Shown: one piece after another, positions 58,065-64,000 of the stretch
How the letters are laid out: each line of letters starts with the position of its first letter
Numbering within the stretch: the first letter of the stretch is position 1
Assembly (NCBI GenBank): GCA_030833725.1
Contig: JAURGP010000001.1
Span: forward strand, 44,080-108,079
Length of the DNA: 64,000 nucleotides
Direction: 5' to 3'
Origin: Candidatus Kapaibacterium sp.
GTDB lineage: Bacteria; Bacteroidota; Ignavibacteria; Kapaibacteriales; Kapaibacteriaceae
Notes under the pieces: generated by a model
What the model was told of the DNA's origin: nothing
Seen by the model: only the letters and a program-made list of their open reading frames with translations
Database searches by the model: none
Program-made: the position numbers and the translations under genes

Positions 58065-59417
58065 TTATGGTACGATGCGATATATCATGCGGGGGAACGG
58101 AATCACTTCGCGAATGTGCTCAGCGCCGGTAATCCACTTCACGGTGCGCTCTACGCCCAAGCCAAAGCCGCTGTGGGGTACCGATCCAAACTTTCGTAGA
58201 TCGAGGTACCACTGGAAGTCCTCCTGCGACAGTCCCTCGTGCAGAATGCGCTCCAGCAGAGCATCGTGGTCGTCCTCCCGTTGTGATCCGCCGATGATCT
58301 CGCCAGCCCCTTCCGGTGCGAGCATGTCCATAGCTAGAACCACCTGTGGATTTTCTGGGTCGCGCTTCATGTAGAAGGCCTTGACCTCGGTGGGGTAGCG
58401 ATGAATGATACAGGGCTTGTCGAACTGCGTCATCAGCGCCTCTTCCTGGGGTGCGCCAAAGTCCTCTCCCCACGGGAAATCGATCTGAATCTCCGAGCCG
58501 TCGGGCTGCTTCTTGTTCAACTTCACGTTGTTGGCGTGCAGCCACTCCACTGCTTCCGTGTACGACATGCGATGGAACGGTCGCTTCACCTTTTCCAGTT
58601 TGCTGATGTCCCGCCCCAGGGTTTCGAGTTCTTTGCGACAGTGCTGTACACAGTACTGCACGATGTACTCCACGAAGTCCTCGGCCAGATCCATGTCGTC
58701 GTTCAGGTCGAAGTAGGCCATCTCTGGCTCTACCATCCAGAACTCCGTCAGGTGTCGGCGCGTCTTGGACTTCTCGGCACGGAAGGTTGGGCCAAACGTG
58801 TACACGCGTCCCAAGGCCATTGCCGACGCCTCGGCATAGAGCTGACCCGACTGCGTGAGATAGGCTTTGCCAAGGTCGAAGTACTCCGTCTCGAACAAGG
58901 TGGACGTGCCTTCGCAGGCGTTGGGCGTAAGGATGGGAGAGTCCATCAGCTTGAAGCCTCGTTCATCGAAGAAGTCCCGAATGGCTTTCACCACAGCTGC
59001 ACGCACGCGCATAATGGCATGCTGCCGTGTGCTCCGCAGCCACAGGTGGCGGTGCTCCATCAGGAACTCTACACCATGCTCCTTGGGCGTGATGGGATAC
59101 TCAGAGGCAAGTTGATACACCTTGATGTCCGTGACGTCAACCTCTACGCCTCCTGGTGCGCGCTCTTCGGCACGTACTGTTCCCGTAATCGCCAGCGACG
59201 ATTCCTGTGAGAGCGATTTCGCATCGGTCGCAACGCGCTCGTCCACGTTCGGGGCAAACACCACGCACTGAACCATGCCGCTGCCATCACGCAGCTTGAT
59301 GAAGGTGAGCTTACCCTTACCGGTCTTATCCTGAACCCAGCCATGCAGGGTAACTGCCTGGCCGATGTGCTGGTGGAGTTGTTCCACCGTCGTGTAGGAG
59401 AGGTATCGCGAAGCCAT
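58065..59417 (-). CDS. asnS: Asparagine--tRNA ligase
   Basis: Class IIb motifs aligned to E. coli AsnRS: FGPTFRAEKSKTRRHLTEFWMVEPE, YPTEVKAFYM, LAPEGAGEIIGGSQRE, FGSVPHSGFGLGVER, VIPFPR; 450 aa. Confidence 0.9.
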   Translation of the reverse strand: MASRYLSYTTVEQLHQHIGQAVTLHGWVQDKTGKGKLTFIKLRDGSGMVQCVVFAPNVDERVATDAKSLSQESSLAITGTVRAEERAPGGVEVDVTDIKVYQLASEYPITPKEHGVEFLMEHRHLWLRSTRQHAIMRVRAAVVKAIRDFFDERGFKLMDSPILTPNACEGTSTLFETEYFDLGKAYLTQSGQLYAEASAMALGRVYTFGPTFRAEKSKTRRHLTEFWMVEPEMAYFDLNDDMDLAEDFVEYIVQYCVQHCRKELETLGRDISKLEKVKRPFHRMSYTEAVEWLHANNVKLNKKQPDGSEIQIDFPWGEDFGAPQEEALMTQFDKPCIIHRYPTEVKAFYMKRDPENPQVVLAMDMLAPEGAGEIIGGSQREDDHDALLERILHEGLSQEDFQWYLDLRKFGSVPHSGFGLGVERTVKWITGAEHIREVIPFPRMIYRIVP

Positions 59418-59488
59418 AGTGGCGTTCTCATCGATAAAGTGAATGCGAGGTCGATTACGTAGAGCGCAAAATTGCCGAATTTTGAGTC

Positions 59489-59839
59489 ATGAGTAAGCCC
59501 ACTGTGATCAAACGCGTCAATCAGTTTGTGCTCTTCGCCGCCTGGCCCGACGAGTTTGCCGGTCATATTCTGCTGAGCGACCTCCGTGATGCCTGCCCCT
59601 GTGCCCACTGCACGGGTGAAGAAATCATGGGCCAGAAGGTCTTCGTCGGCATGAAGACGCTGGCCCCCGGAATGAACGAGCTGCGCTCCCTGGTTCCGGT
59701 AGGCAACTATGCCATCCAGGCTACGTGGAACGACGGACACGACTCCGGCATCTACACATGGGAGATGCTGCGCAGCCTGTTCGAAGAGAAGCGTCTCAGC
59801 GACGCTACGCTGGACGAGATCCGCTCGCAGTTGGGGTGA
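59489..59839 (+). CDS. DUF971 family protein (γ-butyrobetaine hydroxylase-like N-terminal domain)
   Basis: …[11 protein letters not shown]… zinc-ribbon-like signature of DUF971; 116 aa. Confidence 0.6.
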   Translation: MSKPTVIKRVNQFVLFAAWPDEFAGHILLSDLRDACPCAHCTGEEIMGQKVFVGMKTLAPGMNELRSLVPVGNYAIQATWNDGHDSGIYTWEMLRSLFEEKRLSDATLDEIRSQLG

Positions 59840-59871
59840 ACTCTTTGCCATCATCAAGTGTTAACCACGCC

Positions 59872-61542
59872 ATGAACACAACCTCTACTTCCCGCATCAT
59901 TCGTGCCCCTCGTGGAACAGAACTCTCCTGCAAGAATTGGCAGATTGAAGCTGCCTATCGGATGATTCAGAACAACCTGGATCCCGAGAACGCTGAGAAG
60001 CCGGATCAGTTGATCGTGTACGGTGGACTCGGCAAGGCTGCCCGCAATTGGGAAAGCCTAGACGCGATTCTGTCGTCGCTGCGATCCATGGAGCCCGATG
60101 AAACGCTATTGGTGCAGAGTGGAAAGCCCGTAGGTGTTGTGCGTACGCACCTAATGGCCCCTCGGGTGATCATTGCAAACTCCAACCTAGTTCCCAAGTG
60201 GGCCACGTGGGACGAGTTTCGTCGATTGGACGAGCTGGGTCTGATGATGTACGGCCAGATGACGGCCGGCTCGTGGATCTACATTGGCACGCAGGGCATC
60301 GTGCAGGGCACCTATGAAACCTTCCGGGAGTGTGCTCGCCAACACTTTGGCGGAACCCTGAACGGAAGGTTCCTCCTCACCGCCGGCCTCGGCGGCATGG
60401 GTGGCGCTCAGCCCCTTGCAGCCACCATTGCTGGAGCGGCAGCCCTGTGCATCGAGATCGACGAATCGCGCATCGATAAGCGTATCCATGATGGCTACCT
60501 CGACCGCAAGATCCACGACCTGGACGAGGCCCTGGCCGTCATTCAAGAATACGTAGAGCGGAAAGAGCCCATCTCCATCGGCTTGGTAGCAAACGCGGCG
60601 GAGATCCTGCCACAACTCATTGAACGCGGCATTACTCCGGATGTGGTTACCGACCAGACCTCGGCCCACGATCCGCTGAACGGCTACTATCCAGCAGGGT
60701 TATCGAAGGTAGAAGCTGATGCCTTGAGGTCCACGGATCCGGAGGACTACCTGCGTCGCTCCCATCACAGCATTGGAGAGCACGTCAAGGCCATGCTGGC
60801 CTTCCAGCAGAAGGGGGCCATCGTGTTCGACTACGGCAACAACATACGTGGTATTGCCCGCGATGAAGCCGGAGTGAGCAATGCCTTCGACTTCCCAGGC
60901 TTTGTACCGGCCTTTGTTCGCGAACTTTTCTGCGATGGTAAGGGGCCGTTCCGCTGGGTGGCGCTCTCTGGTGATCCCGAGGATATCCGCGTTACGGACG
61001 AAGCTCTCAAGGAACTCTTCCCGGACGACGACCATCTGCACATGTGGCTGGACGAAGCCGCCGCACACATTGGTTACCAGGGTCTACCAGCCCGCATCTG
61101 TTGGTTGGGCTACGGGGAGCGTGCCAAGGCTGGGAAACTTTTTAACGACCTTGTGCGTACTGGGAAGGTGTCGGCACCCATCGTGATCGGACGGGATCAT
61201 CTGGATTGTGGCAGCGTTGCTTCGCCGCATCGTGAAACCGAATCGATGAAAGATGGTTCTGATGCTATAGCCGACTGGGTGTATCTGAATTTTGCGCTCA
61301 ATGCCGTTGGCGGGGCCACATGGGTGTCGCTCCATCACGGAGGCGGTGTGGGTATGGGGCTGTCACTTCACGCCGGCATGGTTGTTGTTGCTGATGGTAC
61401 CGACGACGCTGCAGAAAGATTGGCACGCGTCTTGACTTATGATCCGCTGATGGGTATTCTGCGTCACGCCGACGCTGGTTACGACCGAGCTATTCACAAC
61501 ACGAGGAAATTTGGCATAGAAATACCACTACCCTCTTTGTAA
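59872..61542 (+). CDS. hutU: Urocanate hydratase
   Basis: [24 protein letters not shown]-terminus, NAD-binding [14 protein letters not shown] motif; 556 aa. The track ORF begins upstream at 59725, overlapping the DUF971 gene. Confidence 0.9.
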   Translation: MNTTSTSRIIRAPRGTELSCKNWQIEAAYRMIQNNLDPENAEKPDQLIVYGGLGKAARNWESLDAILSSLRSMEPDETLLVQSGKPVGVVRTHLMAPRVIIANSNLVPKWATWDEFRRLDELGLMMYGQMTAGSWIYIGTQGIVQGTYETFRECARQHFGGTLNGRFLLTAGLGGMGGAQPLAATIAGAAALCIEIDESRIDKRIHDGYLDRKIHDLDEALAVIQEYVERKEPISIGLVANAAEILPQLIERGITPDVVTDQTSAHDPLNGYYPAGLSKVEADALRSTDPEDYLRRSHHSIGEHVKAMLAFQQKGAIVFDYGNNIRGIARDEAGVSNAFDFPGFVPAFVRELFCDGKGPFRWVALSGDPEDIRVTDEALKELFPDDDHLHMWLDEAAAHIGYQGLPARICWLGYGERAKAGKLFNDLVRTGKVSAPIVIGRDHLDCGSVASPHRETESMKDGSDAIADWVYLNFALNAVGGATWVSLHHGGGVGMGLSLHAGMVVVADGTDDAAERLARVLTYDPLMGILRHADAGYDRAIHNTRKFGIEIPLPSL

Positions 61543-61651
61543 CTGATTTCGCACAATCTTCGGACAGAATGGCATAACTGCTACGCCATAATGACAATCG
61601 AGACTGACGTTTCGGCTGTTACCATATCACACATTCGTAGCAGGAGGTGCC

Positions 61652-62305
61652 ATGAGAGCACGAGATTTCCGTCGAAAGACGGGCATTGCGGCTGTACCGG
61701 GATTTGCAAACGGTCAGATTGTATCAACAACAGAAGGTGGTGATGCCATGGACCTCGCCCTGCAAATCGAAGAACTCTTCCGCAACGATCGGAAGAAGTA
61801 CCTCGGCTTCATTCGGCAGCGTGTACGCAGCCAAGAAGAGGCGGAAGACATCCTTCAGGACGTGTTTACAAACGTCCTTGCCGCCTCGAAGGATTCTACA
61901 AAACCAATCGACAACCTGGCGTCGTGGGTGTTTACCTCCGTCCGCAACAGGATCATCGACAGCTATCGCAAGAAGAAAGCCAGTGCCTTTGCCGACATGG
62001 GCTCGCAAGAGCAACATGAGGATGGTATGGACTACGTAGAGCGCTTCCTAGGCGATCTGTCCTACAGTCCAGAGAGCGATCTGGTGCGCAAGACGATCTG
62101 GGAGACCGTTCTTGAAGGCCTCGAAGAGATCCCCGTTGAGCAAAAGTGGGTATTCGTGAAAAACGAGTTCGAGGGTGTGTCATTCCGTGAGATGTCGGAA
62201 GAAACCGGCATCAACATCAACACGCTGTTGGCACGGAAGCGCTACGCCGTCCTGTATCTGCGAAAGAAGCTGCAGGAACTCTACGACCACGTCAACGAGA
62301 ATTAA
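61652..62305 (+). CDS. RNA polymerase sigma-70 family factor (ECF-like)
   Basis: Region 2 (…AEDILQDVFTNVL…WVFTSVRNRIIDSYRKK…) and region 4 HTH (…SFREMSEETGININTLLARKRYAVLYLRKKL). Strong SD (AGGAGGTG) before 61652; the alternative ATG at 61745 would give 187 aa. Confidence 0.7.
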   Translation: MRARDFRRKTGIAAVPGFANGQIVSTTEGGDAMDLALQIEELFRNDRKKYLGFIRQRVRSQEEAEDILQDVFTNVLAASKDSTKPIDNLASWVFTSVRNRIIDSYRKKKASAFADMGSQEQHEDGMDYVERFLGDLSYSPESDLVRKTIWETVLEGLEEIPVEQKWVFVKNEFEGVSFREMSEETGININTLLARKRYAVLYLRKKLQELYDHVNEN

Positions 62306-62330
62306 CCGCAAGAAGCACATTGTGTATTTT

Positions 62331-62366
62331 CAGCGCTGATACCAACCGTATCAGCGCTTTTTCTTT
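62331..62366 (+). terminator. Rho-independent terminator downstream of the sigma factor gene
   Basis: cagcgctgatac-caacc-gtatcagcgct (11-bp perfect stem) followed by TTTTTCTTT. Confidence 0.75.
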
Positions 62367-62375
62367 GGAGTACAC

Positions 62376-62711
62376 ATGAGCTTGATCAACGAATTCAAGA
62401 CGTTTATCGACAAAGGCAACGTGATACAACTCGCTGTGGGCGTGGTCATGGGTGTGGCTTTTGGATCCATTACCAAGTCGCTGGTGGATGACATCCTGAT
62501 GCCTCCCCTTGGCCTGGTGCTCGGTGGTGTGGATTTTTCGGATCTGGCCATGACGATCCGAGAGGCCAATGCCGATGGAACAGGCCTGGTGCAGGTTCGA
62601 TGGGGCACCTTCGTGCAGACGGTGATCAACTTCCTGATCATCGCCTTTTCCCTCTTCGTGGTGGTGAAGGTCTACGATCGGTTGACAGTCAAGGCAGAGC
62701 GCTCGGAGTAG
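62376..62711 (+). CDS. mscL: Large-conductance mechanosensitive channel
   Basis: MSLINEFKTFIDKGNVIQLAVGVVMGVAFG…MPPLG… is the canonical MscL; 111 aa. Confidence 0.85.
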   Translation: MSLINEFKTFIDKGNVIQLAVGVVMGVAFGSITKSLVDDILMPPLGLVLGGVDFSDLAMTIREANADGTGLVQVRWGTFVQTVINFLIIAFSLFVVVKVYDRLTVKAERSE

Positions 62712-63901
62712 ATCGTGTAGCGCTCGTGACTCCCTCGCACCAGCACGATCACACCGGCTGGCGCGCCCGGTGTAGCCGCAAACTCTAACGAGCTATGCAG
62801 CTCCATGGGATCGATGTCGATGCCACGCTTTTTGATCTCCGTCATCGAACCCCAGCCCAGTGTTCGGATGGCTCGCTGGATCCGCTTGCGATCGATGCCC
62901 GACTCCACGCTGTGAATCTTGAAGTGCTGGTACCACGGTGAGGGCCCGGGATCGGTTGGAAGCAGTCCGTAACCGATGCGTGCGTCGATCACCGATGCTG
63001 ACAGCTTCAGGAAGAATTCTGATACCCATCCACTGGCCATCACCGCCGGATGCGGCTCAATGAGGTACATACCCGGTTCAGGGCGCATCTCTGGGGGCAC
63101 CCGTTGGTCCCTTTCCAAGCTCATGTGGACGCCCACATCAACAAGCGTTACACCGCTCTGTCCACAGCCCCTCCATAAGAGGCGCTCACGGCACTCTCTG
63201 CTCCAACCAATGTACTCCTGATGGACATCATCGAGTAGGGGGCTCTCGGTACGGTCGGCAGGGCCGGTTTTGATCCCCAAGCGCTGCACATGCTCCGGTA
63301 GGTGCCAGAACTGCGATAGCGGCGGCTGATACTCCTGTGTAGAGCGATGTCGTGCCGAAGAACTCCTGCGAGACGGATCTGCCCACAGGCCATCGGCCGT
63401 GGCAAGAGCCTCCGTGTAGGCCTCGCAGGGCACAGCCTGGGATACCACGGTTACGTTTGCAACACCTGCTCGCTCGAGGTTACTCTCTGCAATGGCCGCC
63501 AGCACTGGGTCGGCTTCAAACGTTGTTACTCTACCAGCCACACGTGAGAGTGCCAGGGTATCGATTCCTGCACCTGTGCACACCTCCACCACGTGATGCA
63601 CACCGCGAAAGGCCTCGGCATGGTAGGCCGCGATCTGAGGGAGCGTAGCCTGCTGGACCGATGTGGTGGTAAACAGCCAGCCCGGAATGTCCTTGCCGAC
63701 AGCTGCGGCCCGCAGCGTACCCTGGGCTAGGTCGAGCAATAGAGGTATATGATCTCGCCAGATTTCCGGGGCTGATGCCCGGAGCCGAGCAGTGACGGCG
63801 GGCGTTACGCTGCCGACAGCCTTCAGCTGGTCCATCACCTCCTGGACGAAGTCGTAGCCCTGCCGAACACTGGAGCGAATCGCCGATATTTGTAGTTTCA
63901 T
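62672..63901 (-). CDS. Class I SAM-dependent methyltransferase with C-terminal THUMP-like domain
   Basis: SAM-binding motif …VVEVCTGAGIDTLAL…TTFEADP…; 409 aa. Its 3' end overlaps mscL by 40 nt (convergent). Confidence 0.5.
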   Translation of the reverse strand: MKLQISAIRSSVRQGYDFVQEVMDQLKAVGSVTPAVTARLRASAPEIWRDHIPLLLDLAQGTLRAAAVGKDIPGWLFTTTSVQQATLPQIAAYHAEAFRGVHHVVEVCTGAGIDTLALSRVAGRVTTFEADPVLAAIAESNLERAGVANVTVVSQAVPCEAYTEALATADGLWADPSRRSSSARHRSTQEYQPPLSQFWHLPEHVQRLGIKTGPADRTESPLLDDVHQEYIGWSRECRERLLWRGCGQSGVTLVDVGVHMSLERDQRVPPEMRPEPGMYLIEPHPAVMASGWVSEFFLKLSASVIDARIGYGLLPTDPGPSPWYQHFKIHSVESGIDRKRIQRAIRTLGWGSMTEIKKRGIDIDPMELHSSLEFAATPGAPAGVIVLVRGSHERYTIYSERSALTVNRS

Positions 63902-64000
63902 AACACGTTACACCTGGCACTTCACACTTGCATACTGTAGGCACTACATGACACTAGATCCAGAAGCTGTCCGCACATCATTGGAATCCCGTGGACTTAC

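Noticed and set aside
59725-59871. hutU N-terminal extension overlapping the DUF971 gene
   Set aside because: Urocanase alignment begins at [17 protein letters not shown] (ATG 59872). The upstream portion is the same frame read through the DUF971 3' region.

Overview
This 64 kb window is GC-rich (~58-60%) and almost fully coding. It reads as core chromosome of an FCB-group bacterium, most likely Bacteroidota or Rhodothermota-like. Supporting this are T9SS C-terminal sorting domains, DUF1573 paralogs, Shine-Dalgarno use and a B12-dependent RNR.

Recognisable housekeeping genes include:
- an arsC-acr3 arsenic-resistance pair that runs off the 5' edge;
- dapB, dnaA, tatC, ispB-like, lptF/G-like, purK, acpS;
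- prfB, whose canonical programmed +1 frameshift site (CTT TGA C) is directly visible;
- kefB-like, yggS, abgT, purF, yebC;
- a 1156-aa class II ribonucleotide reductase (nrdJ);
- tRNA-Leu(UAG), tig-clpP-clpX, asnS, hutU, an ECF-type sigma factor and mscL.

I saw no CRISPR array, no mobile element and no recognisable defence, toxin or biosynthetic cluster.

The stretches most worth a second look are:
- a co-directional five-gene envelope cluster (29.3-37.1 kb) of uncharacterised secreted or membrane proteins: vWA-OmpA, a secreted 505-aa protein, a PDZ-containing outer-membrane barrel, a 767-aa bitopic periplasm-spanning protein, and a tiny Cys-pair-rich Ser/Thr/Ala lipoprotein. A triple TTGACA direct-repeat array sits in front of its largest gene;
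- 12-nt tandem repeat arrays at the 5' ends of two convergent M28 peptidase genes;
- a terminator-like hairpin in the long nrdJ leader;
- a Tat-signal DUF1501 protein carrying a T9SS C-terminal domain, next to its DUF1800 partner.

All calls are based on reading the supplied translations and sequence. No database searches were run.
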